From the IMG/VR virus record IMGVR_UViG_3300020178_000002, positions 248,001-312,000 of that record: DNA of 64,000 nt; one strand, 5' to 3'. Below the pieces are notes generated by a model. The model saw nothing but the letters and a program-made list of their open reading frames with translations. It made no database searches and was not told the origin of the DNA. The translations under genes were made by a program, and so were the position numbers. Below are positions 50,120-59,102 of this stretch, one piece after another (the stretch's first letter is position 1; every line of letters begins with the position of its first letter).

Positions 50120-50417
50120 CTTTCACTACTTCTACTTTTTCAGCTAAGGAAGACATTCTCTTTTCCATGCTTGAAATAAGCTTTCTGTCTTCTTTAGATA
50201 AAGAGTAAAGGTTTGACCTCTGTTCAAAAGAAACAACACACAGGCCGTATTCTAGGCTTGTTTTCAATCCTCTATCTAAAACTTCAAGCCATAAGAGAGA
50301 TGCTGTAAATGCATCACACTCTTCTTCCACAGAAAGATGTATGTGTGGACATCCTTTTTCAATTTTTATCTTCAAGGCATTAGCTAGAGAAGGTTCTATA
50401 TAGAGGATTGGTTTCAT
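50106..50417 (-). CDS. Hypothetical protein
   Basis: 103-aa ORF with AAGGA RBS. Confidence 0.5.
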   Translation of the reverse strand: MKPILYIEPSLANALKIKIEKGCPHIHLSVEEECDAFTASLLWLEVLDRGLKTSLEYGLCVVSFEQRSNLYSLSKEDRKLISSMEKRMSSLAEKVEVVKDAKI

Positions 50418-50426
50418 TTTGATTCC

Positions 50427-51377
50427 TTAGTTGCCAAACAAGTCTTCCCACCAGCAGGCACAATCCCATTTCTTTTGTGTGATATGGTGGTGTCCAATTA
50501 CACCTGTAAAGTCATTAATCAAATAATTCTTATCGACAACACCATGATAGAAATCACCATCATAAGACTGTCCATCAGAGCCACAAGGGAACTGATAAGG
50601 TATCTCTAATACGTCACAAAGAGACTTAACTGCTTCTTGTACAGCAAGTTTAACTCTTGGTTCAAGTGTTAGTACTTTCTTGTCACCTCTACCTGTATTA
50701 TTATCCATTGTATCAATTCGATAGCCTTTCTTTGTGTAGTGATCTTTCCACTTCAAAGAAGGCTGCTGACAAATGTCAATACCGACAGAATAACTATTAG
50801 CCCACCCAGCATGCCAAGACTTATGGTTTAAGTCCATGTATTGATAAACAGTTGCAATACCCTCTGGTGAAACACCGATTCCTGCATGTGAGCTTACTTT
50901 TCTGTCTGGGCTTGAAAATACTCTATAACAGTGGTGAGGGTCAAGGCCACCCCAATGCACAACAATAAAGGTAGGCTTTCTTCCATTTCGAGATGAGAAG
51001 TGACCAAATCTATGGAGATCAAGACCGCCTCTTTGATCAAAGTTCTTAAAGACAACTTCTTCATGGCTGTCTACTTTGATTCTTCTGTCATTATAAGTCC
51101 AGAAAGGTTCATGGGCTTCAACAAAGTCAAACTTCTTTAAAAGAGCAGACCATGTTCCTCTGCCTAGTTTCCCATCAACACTTGCACCTGCTCCAAAGGT
51201 ATCTTCTTGAAATGCTTCTACTGCAAGTGCGAAGTCTTCACTCTCATGGCAAGAGCCTAGACCAGGATAACAATTAATAGCACTTTCAGGGATAATACCT
51301 TCCCAGCCAACAGATGAAGAAGCTTTCTTATTATATGCACAAGCTGATGATCTTGTTTGTATTATTACAGATGACAT
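50427..51377 (-). CDS. N-acetylmuramoyl-L-alanine amidase (Amidase_2) with peptidoglycan-binding-like N-terminus; probable endolysin
   Basis: VEAFQ...VDGKLGRGTW, FIVVHW, VSSH, SWHAGWANSYSVGID and IGHHHI...KWDC. Confidence 0.82.
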   Translation of the reverse strand: MSSVIIQTRSSACAYNKKASSSVGWEGIIPESAINCYPGLGSCHESEDFALAVEAFQEDTFGAGASVDGKLGRGTWSALLKKFDFVEAHEPFWTYNDRRIKVDSHEEVVFKNFDQRGGLDLHRFGHFSSRNGRKPTFIVVHWGGLDPHHCYRVFSSPDRKVSSHAGIGVSPEGIATVYQYMDLNHKSWHAGWANSYSVGIDICQQPSLKWKDHYTKKGYRIDTMDNNTGRGDKKVLTLEPRVKLAVQEAVKSLCDVLEIPYQFPCGSDGQSYDGDFYHGVVDKNYLINDFTGVIGHHHITQKKWDCACWWEDLFGN

Positions 51378-51406
51378 ATCTATTTTCCTTTCTGTGAGTT
51401 TTACAC

Positions 51407-52792
51407 ATGTCTCTACATTTATTTATACCCTCTATAAATGAAATCTTAGCTCTTTTAATAAAAAGTCATGCTTCTTCTGGAGGCACTGTTTTGTTATCAA
51501 GGGCAGGCAAGGTTTGGAATAACCCCTCTACTAAGTCTATACTTAATGCTTGGCATCCAAAAGACATCGCAGGGAAACTACTTCAGAATTCTTTTTTAGA
51601 GCTTTGTGATGGTGGTGATGGTGGCAAAATGTCTGTGTTCATCGCCTGCTCACTGATAAAAAGCTTCTATCGGTTAAGTGTCTCAGAAGATTATCAAGAG
51701 AAGAATGTTAAAGAATCCTTGTCTGGTATTCTAGGGCAAATAAAAGCTTTTCCCTCTAGTGAAGATATTTTAATAAAAGTGGGTCTTCAGAGTGGTCTGG
51801 ATATAGAGGATGTTAAAAGTGTAGCTCAATCTATCTCGCTATCTGGTGCTTCTTCTTCACACATCTCTTTAGAGAAATGGGAGGGTGTAGGCTGTGAGGT
51901 CATACAGACAGACTCTTTCCTTGCTAATTTGAAGATACATTCAGATAAAGAAGTCTATCTCAAGGGTGCTATGTTCGTCTTATTTCAGAAACCACTCTTT
52001 GAGGTAAAAGAGATAGTTCCAGTTATGGAATTCATGTCTTCTTTTGAAGGTAGGCCTTTAGTTGTAATAGCCCCGATGGTTGGTGGTGGAGCTCTCAAAA
52101 CGATAAATCTTAATAGGAACAAAGGAGTTTTGGAAGCTTATGCTTGTGATGCACCAAGAGTAACTTGGTCAGAAGGCTGGCTTGAAGATATGGCTTCCTT
52201 TACAGGTGCAACAGTCTATAATACTTCATTTGATTCAGAGTTTAAGCCTGTGTTTTTTGGTTCTGCTTTAGAGGTAGTTTTAAACTACAATGAAATGGTC
52301 GTCACTCCTTATGATGAACATGTTGAAAGAACATCAGAGAGAGCAGACTTTCTTTTAAAAGAAGCTGAACTTTCTCCTTTCCCTCATACTCAGGATACTT
52401 TGAGGAAAAGAGCCAATGCTCTGAATGGTACTTTAGTTAGATTAAAAGTTGGTGGTGTAACAGAGTCAGAATCTAGGTGGAGAAGGGTTCTTATTGAAAA
52501 AGCTCTTATCTCAATGTCTGATGTAAATCGCTCTGGCTATGTTAAAGGTTCTATTCCCTGTTTGTATAATATAGAAACAAACAATCCAATACTAGAGAGA
52601 GCATTAAAGTCACCTTTCAATGTTGTTTGTCACAATTTAGGTAAGGCTGTTAATGATAAAACAGTCTGGGAGTCTCCCTTGTTGTATGAGCTTTTTCCAG
52701 CTTCTCGACTTTCAAATTTGATAACAAAAGCAGTTTCAGTGGCTACCACTATTGGTTCAGTAAGTCACATTGTAGAAAAGGAAAAAAGATGA
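51407..52792 (+). CDS. Highly divergent GroEL-like chaperonin
   Basis: GGDG, GRPLVVIA, LEDMASFTGA and LRKRANALNGTLVRLKVGGVTESE map onto GroEL landmarks; only 461 aa. Confidence 0.75.
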   Translation: MSLHLFIPSINEILALLIKSHASSGGTVLLSRAGKVWNNPSTKSILNAWHPKDIAGKLLQNSFLELCDGGDGGKMSVFIACSLIKSFYRLSVSEDYQEKNVKESLSGILGQIKAFPSSEDILIKVGLQSGLDIEDVKSVAQSISLSGASSSHISLEKWEGVGCEVIQTDSFLANLKIHSDKEVYLKGAMFVLFQKPLFEVKEIVPVMEFMSSFEGRPLVVIAPMVGGGALKTINLNRNKGVLEAYACDAPRVTWSEGWLEDMASFTGATVYNTSFDSEFKPVFFGSALEVVLNYNEMVVTPYDEHVERTSERADFLLKEAELSPFPHTQDTLRKRANALNGTLVRLKVGGVTESESRWRRVLIEKALISMSDVNRSGYVKGSIPCLYNIETNNPILERALKSPFNVVCHNLGKAVNDKTVWESPLLYELFPASRLSNLITKAVSVATTIGSVSHIVEKEKR

Positions 52793-53100
52793 AGATTCTA
52801 AAAAGATATGAAATCCCTTTAGATGATGTAAACGAAATTATGATGAACATAGAGTCATACCAGAGAATGCTAAATTTTTATGGGGAGTGGGTGGAGAAGC
52901 ATGGGGAATATGATTATGTAGACGAGAGGGTTCGAGACCTATCTGGCATTCTCTGTGAGTATTTGATTGCAAGAGAATATGTAAAAGAGGGTGCGAGGAC
53001 ATTTGGTGATGATAAGACAGTTTATGCATCTGTTGAGTTGGAGTTTAAAAAGAAGTACCCAAATCTCGAATACCCTTTTTCAAAGGTTTCAGGCAAATGA
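52789..53100 (+). CDS. Hypothetical protein
   Basis: 103-aa ORF with overlapping start/stop on both sides. Confidence 0.55.
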   Translation: MKILKRYEIPLDDVNEIMMNIESYQRMLNFYGEWVEKHGEYDYVDERVRDLSGILCEYLIAREYVKEGARTFGDDKTVYASVELEFKKKYPNLEYPFSKVSGK

Positions 53101-53744
53101 TTATTACAATATTAAGAAAGCCTTTAGAGGGAAGCGTAGCTGATAATGTACTTAAACATGGTTGTGGTGCTTTAAACATAGATGCGTCAAGAGTTTCCTC
53201 TCACGACAAAACAAAAAACCACAGTCGCAAGCCAGAGGCTTCTAAACCAAAAGGCATTTATGGAGACTCAAAAGAACAAGAGACACATCAGACAAAGGGT
53301 CAAGAGATTGGTAGGTTTCCTGCTAACTTTATTCTGACTCACCGAGAGGGCTGTGAGTTAAAAGGCACTAAGAAAATTAAAAGTTCTTCTGGAAGAGGTG
53401 CTGTGAAAAAAGAGTCCTCTGCTGAAAAGTTGGGTAATCAAGGATATTCTTACTCTAAAGAGTCAAGAAAAGAAGGTACTGTTATGATTTGTCATGTAGA
53501 TGAAGATGGGAAAGAGACAGTAGCAGATTGGGCTTGTGTAGAGGGTTGTCCTGTTAAAGAGATAGATCGACAAAGTGGTTCGATAAAGAGTGGTGGTCGC
53601 TCTGCCAAAAACTACGCAGACAGCGATTCTGATCGGCTTGTCTATGGAGGGTTCTCTGGAGTGGCGAAAGAAATACAGCCCTCAAGTGGTGGTGCTTCTA
53701 GGTTCTTTAAACAGTTTAAGAAAGAAGAATCAAATGAACCCTAA
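53097..53744 (+). CDS. DNA methyltransferase middle subunit, copy 1
   Basis: RKPLEGSVADNVLKHGCGALNID...GRFPAN...GGASRFF, the central blocks of phage beta-class N4/N6 MTases. Confidence 0.75.
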   Translation: MIITILRKPLEGSVADNVLKHGCGALNIDASRVSSHDKTKNHSRKPEASKPKGIYGDSKEQETHQTKGQEIGRFPANFILTHREGCELKGTKKIKSSSGRGAVKKESSAEKLGNQGYSYSKESRKEGTVMICHVDEDGKETVADWACVEGCPVKEIDRQSGSIKSGGRSAKNYADSDSDRLVYGGFSGVAKEIQPSSGGASRFFKQFKKEESNEP

Positions 53745-54186
53745 GCATCTTTCTGTAAGAGTGAAGCAATGTGACCTCATAGCTTCAAACTCTCCCTGTC
53801 CAAGAAGAAAAGTAGGTGCTCTTATCATAGACCCAGATAACAATGTTGTTATTAGTGAGGGGTATAATGGTACTCCTAGAAGTTCTGATAAGCAGTATTG
53901 TGGTGGCTCTGTCTGTAGAAGGACAGAGGATAATATAAAGAGTGGTACTAGGAATGATGTTGGATGTCACCACGCTGAAATGAATGCAATACTAAATGCA
54001 ACTAGGGTAGGGCAGTCTACTCTAGGTAAATGGTTAATTGTAAACTGTGACCCTTGTCTCATGTGTGCAAAAGCAATTCACCACAGTGGGATAGTGAGAG
54101 TTTACTGTCCTAAAGAGTTCTCTGGGAATCATAAAGAAGGTCTAAAATATCTTCTTGAAAACAGTATTGAGGTAGAAGATTTATGA
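53734..54186 (+). CDS. dCMP deaminase
   Basis: CPRRKVGA, GYNG, HAEMNA and PCLMCAK; start MNPKHL. Confidence 0.9.
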   Translation: MNPKHLSVRVKQCDLIASNSPCPRRKVGALIIDPDNNVVISEGYNGTPRSSDKQYCGGSVCRRTEDNIKSGTRNDVGCHHAEMNAILNATRVGQSTLGKWLIVNCDPCLMCAKAIHHSGIVRVYCPKEFSGNHKEGLKYLLENSIEVEDL

Positions 54187-54302
54187 GTAAAGTAGTTATT
54201 TGCAAAAGATGTGGCAAAGACTTAAAATATGGCTGGAAATGTTCTGCAAGACCTGATTTGTCTTGTGTTCCTTATTCTAAATACTTAGAGGGTAAGCCAT
54301 GA
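54183..54302 (+). CDS. Small Cys4 peptide (39 aa), not in ORF track
   Basis: MSKVVICKRCGKDLKYGWKCSARPDLSCVPYSKYLEGKP*; ATGA overlaps at both ends. Confidence 0.5.
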   Translation: MSKVVICKRCGKDLKYGWKCSARPDLSCVPYSKYLEGKP

Positions 54303-54979
54303 GGGTAGTTTGTATTTCAGATACTCATAATCAGCATGATAAAATAGATCTTCCAGATGGGGATGTTTTAATCCATGCTGGTGATTGGACAGGTACAGGA
54401 ACTCAGAGACAAGTTATAAGCTTTATTCGCTGGTTTGCTAGTCAACCTCATAAGCATAAGATACTTATTGCAGGAAACCATGAAGTAACTATGGACACTG
54501 ATTTCTATAAGCAAGCATGGCCTTCTTTTCATAAGGAACAGCTTCCTTATCAAGATATTAAAGATTATGTCTTGAGAGAAGAAGATATTTTCTACTTAGA
54601 AAATAGTGAAGTTGTGATAGAGGGTGTTAAATTTTATGGGAGTCCTTATCAACCTGCTTTTGGTGGCTGGGCTTTTGGTGCTAATAGAGGATTTGAAACA
54701 AAGTCTACTTGGTCTAAGATACCAGAAGATACAGATGTTCTTATTACTCATGGACCACCTAAAGATATAGGAGATAGGTTAGAGATTGGTGACTGTGTTG
54801 GGTGTGAGGATCTTCTTTATAGGATAAGAGAAGTTAAACCCTCACTTCACATCTTTGGTCATATACATGAGGGGTATGGTGAATATAAAATTGGAGATAC
54901 TGTCTTTTTAAATGCTTCGATCTGTGATGAAAACTATAAGTTGACAAATAAACCTTTAGAATGGGAGTTGGATAAGTGA
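54299..54979 (+). CDS. Metallophosphoesterase (calcineurin-like, MPPED/239FB-type)
   Basis: CISDTH, HAGD, IAGNHE, LITHGPP and HIFGHIHE. Confidence 0.9.
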   Translation: MRVVCISDTHNQHDKIDLPDGDVLIHAGDWTGTGTQRQVISFIRWFASQPHKHKILIAGNHEVTMDTDFYKQAWPSFHKEQLPYQDIKDYVLREEDIFYLENSEVVIEGVKFYGSPYQPAFGGWAFGANRGFETKSTWSKIPEDTDVLITHGPPKDIGDRLEIGDCVGCEDLLYRIREVKPSLHIFGHIHEGYGEYKIGDTVFLNASICDENYKLTNKPLEWELDK

Positions 54980-55593
54980 TTATTACAATATTAAGAAAGC
55001 CTTTAGAGGGGAGTGTGGCAGATAATGTTTTAAAACATGGTTGTGGTGCATTGAATATAGATGCTTCTAGGATTAGTACCTCTGACAACCTCAATGGCGG
55101 AGCTTATGCTGAGTCTGCGAGTGAGAGACATGACGGAAAAGAGAACTGGAGGTATGAACGAGGTAAAGCAGGAGAGTATGAGCAACCGAAAGGCAGGTGG
55201 CCTGCTAACTTTATCCTCATGCATAAAGAGGGTTGTGAGTTAAAAGGAACTAAGAAAGTAAAGTCGAATGGTCATTGGACTCAAAAAGCAAATATTGGGA
55301 AGTTCTATGAGGGGGGTTGGAATCATCAAGAAATAGATGAGGGGAACAAGATGTCTGATGAAGATGGGAAAGAGGCTGTAGCAGATTGGGCTTGTGTAGA
55401 GGGTTGTCCTGTTCAGAGTTTAGATGCCCAAACAGGCATCTTGCGTAGTGGCAAAGATGTAAATCCAACAACTTCAAAAGTTAGTGGCTTTTTTGGTCAA
55501 ACAGATAACTACTATTCGGCAAAGTCGAATTATGGGGATAGCGGAGGTGCTTCTAGGTTCTTCAAGCAATTCAAGAAAGGAAATGAAAAATGA
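54976..55593 (+). CDS. DNA methyltransferase middle subunit, copy 2
   Basis: Same conserved blocks as copy 1 with different linkers; GTG start. Confidence 0.75.
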   Translation: MIITILRKPLEGSVADNVLKHGCGALNIDASRISTSDNLNGGAYAESASERHDGKENWRYERGKAGEYEQPKGRWPANFILMHKEGCELKGTKKVKSNGHWTQKANIGKFYEGGWNHQEIDEGNKMSDEDGKEAVADWACVEGCPVQSLDAQTGILRSGKDVNPTTSKVSGFFGQTDNYYSAKSNYGDSGGASRFFKQFKKGNEK

Positions 55594-56132
55594 TAGAGAT
55601 TAAAATAGGTGATTGCACCGAAAGACTAAAAGATTTAGAGGACAACTCAGTTGATGCTGTTATATCAGACCCTCCTTATGGGCTTAAATTTATGTCTAAG
55701 GGCTGGGATGATATAGGTGATGGCAGCCAGCAAAGAGAATGGCACAGAAAGTGGCTTACAGAGGCATACAGAGTTCTTAAGCCTAATGGAGTTATTAAAG
55801 CTTTCTCTGGGTCGAGAACTTTCCACCATCTGATAGCAATGATGGAAGAGATAGGGTTTGAAGACTTAAAAGTGGAGTCTTGGAGTTATGGTTCAGGTTT
55901 TCCTAAGTCTCACAATGTGAGCAAAGCGATAGATAAGTTAGGTGGTCGTCAATATAAGGCAATACCTGCTTCTGGTGTAGGGTTTATGAACTCAGATAAA
56001 GAGAACTGGAATGCTTGTCACAACCAACTCATTCCTGTCTCAGAAGAAACAGAAGAAGCTAAAGTTTGGAATGGTTGGGGTACGGCTCTTAAACCTTCAT
56101 GGGAGCCTGTCTGTGTTGGAGTTAAGAAATGA
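55590..56132 (+). CDS. DNA N4/N6 methyltransferase N-terminal (DPPY catalytic) subunit
   Basis: GDC...VDAVISDPPYG, RVLKP, WSYGSGFPKS and GWGTALKPSWEP; no SAM-binding motif I. Confidence 0.85.
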   Translation: MIEIKIGDCTERLKDLEDNSVDAVISDPPYGLKFMSKGWDDIGDGSQQREWHRKWLTEAYRVLKPNGVIKAFSGSRTFHHLIAMMEEIGFEDLKVESWSYGSGFPKSHNVSKAIDKLGGRQYKAIPASGVGFMNSDKENWNACHNQLIPVSEETEEAKVWNGWGTALKPSWEPVCVGVKK

Positions 56133-56734
56133 TTATTACAATATTAAGAAAGCCCCTAGAAGGGAGCGTAGCAGATAATGTGCTGAAACATGGATGTGGT
56201 GCTTTGAACATAGATGCCACTAGGATTGGTTTAGAGACTATGGTTTCTAGGTCTATGGGTAGTCTAGGGGTTATGCACGATGATAATTGGGAATCTAAAC
56301 CTATTGAAGCTAAAGAAGCCACAGGCAGGTGGCCTGCTAACTTTATCCTCATGCATAAAGAGGGTTGTGAGTTAAAAGGCTCTAAAAAAATTAAAGAGGG
56401 CAAAGCTAATAAAGATAAGGGTGGCTCATTTAGAGAAGTGGGTCTTTATGAAGATGGGTTGAAGACTAGAGCTGTAGACCATTTTCAAGGAGAAGAAGAG
56501 ATAGAAGATTGGGCTTGTGTAAAGGATTGTCCTATTAGGAAACTAGACCTGCAAAGTGGTCAAGTCAAAGGTTGGTCGAGTCAAAACCATAATACTTTTA
56601 ATCCATATCAAGGAAACTCGTTCCACAACTCGTCAACCCAAAGACAAGGATATAAAGAGGGGTATAACGATGATGGAGGGGCTTCTCGGTTCTTCAAGCA
56701 ATTTAAGAAAGGTAATGAAAAATGGAAGATATGA
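56129..56734 (+). CDS. DNA methyltransferase middle subunit, copy 3
   Basis: Same conserved blocks; lies in colinear position between the N and C subunits. Confidence 0.75.
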   Translation: MIITILRKPLEGSVADNVLKHGCGALNIDATRIGLETMVSRSMGSLGVMHDDNWESKPIEAKEATGRWPANFILMHKEGCELKGSKKIKEGKANKDKGGSFREVGLYEDGLKTRAVDHFQGEEEIEDWACVKDCPIRKLDLQSGQVKGWSSQNHNTFNPYQGNSFHNSSTQRQGYKEGYNDDGGASRFFKQFKKGNEKWKI

Positions 56735-57495
56735 TTGAGTATTTTAAAGTAATGATAACCCCACCTGTAGAAGAGCCTATTATCTTAGTAGGTAAGCCCT
56801 CTGAGATTGATTATACCAGCTTCATGGCTTTAGAGGGGGCTTCCATCGTTCCCATATATAACCCATCTGTACATGGGATCATTTTACTTGGAGAACCCAC
56901 AGAGGAAGAATCGAGTTTAATCAATGAGATTCTACTTCCAGGTGCTCATGTTATTCTTATCCCAGAAGATATTGGATATAAGGGTGTTATCTCCCTTGAA
57001 GACAAGGGTGGTTTAGAAGTTAGAGATGCCATTTTTGTAGCAGACGAGAACTCAGAGTTCTGCTATACTTCTAAAGCAAGTAGAGGTGAGCGAGAAGCAG
57101 GTCTTTCTAACTTCGATGAGAAAGAGGGTCATGGTACATTTAGGGCAACTAGAGATCAAGCTATGCTAACAGGTTCTGGTAATGTTAGGGACAACAAGCG
57201 TAAGAATATCCATCCTACTGTTAAGCCAATAGAGATAATGGAATGGTGTGCTAGAGATATAGAACCTAGCTCTACTGTTGTAGACCCTTTTATGGGGTCT
57301 GGAACAACAGGTATCGCTATGTCTAAACTACACCATGACTTTGTAGGGATAGAGCTTAATCCTGAATATGCTAAAATATGTGAGGCGAGGATGAAGTATT
57401 GGAAACCTGTGGACACAAAGATTATTTCAGAGAACCCTGTCGAAGAAGAAGACCAACAGGTCTTCACAGGGCAAGTTTCTCTATTTGACTTTTAG
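56722..57495 (+). CDS. DNA methyltransferase C-terminal (SAM-binding) subunit
   Basis: FCYTSKASxxERxxGL, NIHPTVKP, VVDPFMGSGTTG and FVGIELNPEY. Confidence 0.85.
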   Translation: MEDMIEYFKVMITPPVEEPIILVGKPSEIDYTSFMALEGASIVPIYNPSVHGIILLGEPTEEESSLINEILLPGAHVILIPEDIGYKGVISLEDKGGLEVRDAIFVADENSEFCYTSKASRGEREAGLSNFDEKEGHGTFRATRDQAMLTGSGNVRDNKRKNIHPTVKPIEIMEWCARDIEPSSTVVDPFMGSGTTGIAMSKLHHDFVGIELNPEYAKICEARMKYWKPVDTKIISENPVEEEDQQVFTGQVSLFDF

Positions 57496-58769
57496 TAGAG
57501 GTTACGCTCAAAACGTGCAGCTACTCTTTCTGCTAGCATTTCTTCTTGAGATGCTTTGCGAAGCAGGAGCTTCTTCACAGATCGACCAAGACTCATATCC
57601 ATCTTTGTGGCTCTGTCGGTCTTTATTCCTCTTAGGTTAACCTTTGTGAGGTCAACACCTGTAAGGTCAGCACCATGTAGAGTAGCACCTGTAAGGTCAG
57701 CACCAGAAAGGTCTACATTTCTAAGATCAGTTCCTGTCAGATCAGCATCTTTTAGAGTAGCACCTTTTAAAGATTTTGCCTTTGAAAGGTCAGCATACTC
57801 TAGGCTAGCACCAGAAAGGTCAGCACCAGAAAGATCAGATCTTTCAAAGTCAGCACCAGAAAGGTCAGCTCCTTTTAAAGATGTTCCTGAGAATACAACT
57901 TCTGTAAAGTCACAATTAGAGAGATTAGCTCTGTCAAGAACAGCAGCACTAAAGTCTGACCCTGTAAAGTCTACACCAATAGCTTTGCAACCAGAAAAAT
58001 CAGCACCATTGAACTTGGTGTTCTTTACATCAGAAGCATCAGCAAATTTCCCTCCCACATACTTAATGCCTGCAAGATTGCATCTTGTAAAGGTTGTTCC
58101 TTCTAGACCATCTTCGTCAGTAATGGTGATGCCTTTTAAGTGGGTTGAAATTAGAGTAGAGTCTTTAAAAGAAGCTATTTCATCTACTCCTGTAAATTTA
58201 ACTCCTGTTAAAATGTTGTCTTGGAACTCTACACCTAAGAGATTAGCACTTGTAAAGTCTGTGGCAGTTATACCATCTGCGTTTGTAAAATCAGCACCGA
58301 TTAAAGTAGCTTTTGTAAAATCTGTTCCAGTTAAGCAACTTAGTTGTAAGTTAGCACCTGTTAGGTTAGCACCTTTAAAGTCACTACCTTTTAGATTTGC
58401 ACCTTCAAAATCAGCTCTGAGTAGTTTAAACCCAGCAAAGTTTGATAGCTCAATCTCGGATTCTTGGAAATTTGTGTGGCTCAGATCATTTTTCGGAATA
58501 CCAAGGCTAGTAAAGTCTGTCTGGTTGAAGTTTATTTCAGAAAGATCTTTATTCTTCAGTACTCCAGCCACAGATTTAATGTCGTCAGGATAGCTGTTTA
58601 AGTATTCTTTGACTTTACCGCCTTCGAGAGCTTTTTGATAAGCTTCATCTTTTTCTCGGAATTCTTTTAGCTCTTTGCCTTGAAGAGCTGGTTCAGCAGC
58701 ATACATTCTCTCCATATATGCTTTTCTTTTCATTCTCATACGAGCTTCGTAATATGATCTTCTTCTCAT
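57492..58769 (-). CDS. Pentapeptide-repeat protein with basic terminal tags
   Basis: Long ADLSG/ANLTG runs; N-terminus KRKAY, C-terminus RKASQEEMLAERVAARF. Confidence 0.9.
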   Translation of the reverse strand: MRRRSYYEARMRMKRKAYMERMYAAEPALQGKELKEFREKDEAYQKALEGGKVKEYLNSYPDDIKSVAGVLKNKDLSEINFNQTDFTSLGIPKNDLSHTNFQESEIELSNFAGFKLLRADFEGANLKGSDFKGANLTGANLQLSCLTGTDFTKATLIGADFTNADGITATDFTSANLLGVEFQDNILTGVKFTGVDEIASFKDSTLISTHLKGITITDEDGLEGTTFTRCNLAGIKYVGGKFADASDVKNTKFNGADFSGCKAIGVDFTGSDFSAAVLDRANLSNCDFTEVVFSGTSLKGADLSGADFERSDLSGADLSGASLEYADLSKAKSLKGATLKDADLTGTDLRNVDLSGADLTGATLHGADLTGVDLTKVNLRGIKTDRATKMDMSLGRSVKKLLLRKASQEEMLAERVAARFERNLY

Positions 58770-58869
58770 TGGTTTACCCTTTTCAGTAAATGTACAGCAA
58801 AGTAGTTTTATAAATGATCTACAAAAAAGATTTTGATAATAGGATTACTAACAGTCTTATGGAGAAGCT

Positions 58870-59058
58870 ATGATAGAAGTTATTAAAGATGTGCCTTTAA
58901 AGTGTTTTAATGATGGTAAGACATACCTTGTAAAAGCAGGTACTCAATTCCACATTGTTGAAAGAAAGGGTGTTTTTTACTTGAGATACAAGCACCTGTA
59001 CTTTACTTTTGTAGAAGGCACTGTAGCCAGAAACCCACGATTTTTTAAAAGTGTGTGA
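58870..59058 (+). CDS. Small hypothetical protein
   Basis: 62 aa; GGAG RBS; TTGATAAT upstream. Confidence 0.5.
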   Translation: MIEVIKDVPLKCFNDGKTYLVKAGTQFHIVERKGVFYLRYKHLYFTFVEGTVARNPRFFKSV

Positions 59059-59084
59059 AAAAGTTATATCTCACCCTCTATTAT

Positions 59085-59092
59085 TGTATAAT
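59085..59092 (+). promoter_or_regulatory. Sigma70-like -10 element driving tRNA units
   Basis: TGTATAAT 10 nt before the tRNA; the same 8-mer occurs at 59700 and 61092, and TATAAT at 61593. Confidence 0.6.
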
Positions 59093-59102
59093 ATAGATAT
59101 GT

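Noticed and set aside
23249-57495. Diversity-generating retroelement, suggested by the Mtd-like N-terminus and repeated cassettes
   Set aside because: No reverse transcriptase is in the window, and repeat differences are synonymous or whole-segment rather than adenine-specific.
53097-57495. Methyltransferase pieces as pseudogene fragments or stop-codon recoding
   Set aside because: Each piece has its own start coupled to the previous stop, all three M genes share identical boundaries with synonymous divergence, and long genes elsewhere read normally in the standard code. Programmed frameshifting between N and M cannot be excluded without data.
57556-58593. 345-aa plus-strand ORF with RSAPE repeats
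   Set aside because: It is the antisense shadow of the pentapeptide-repeat gene; the same applies to 43250..43537.
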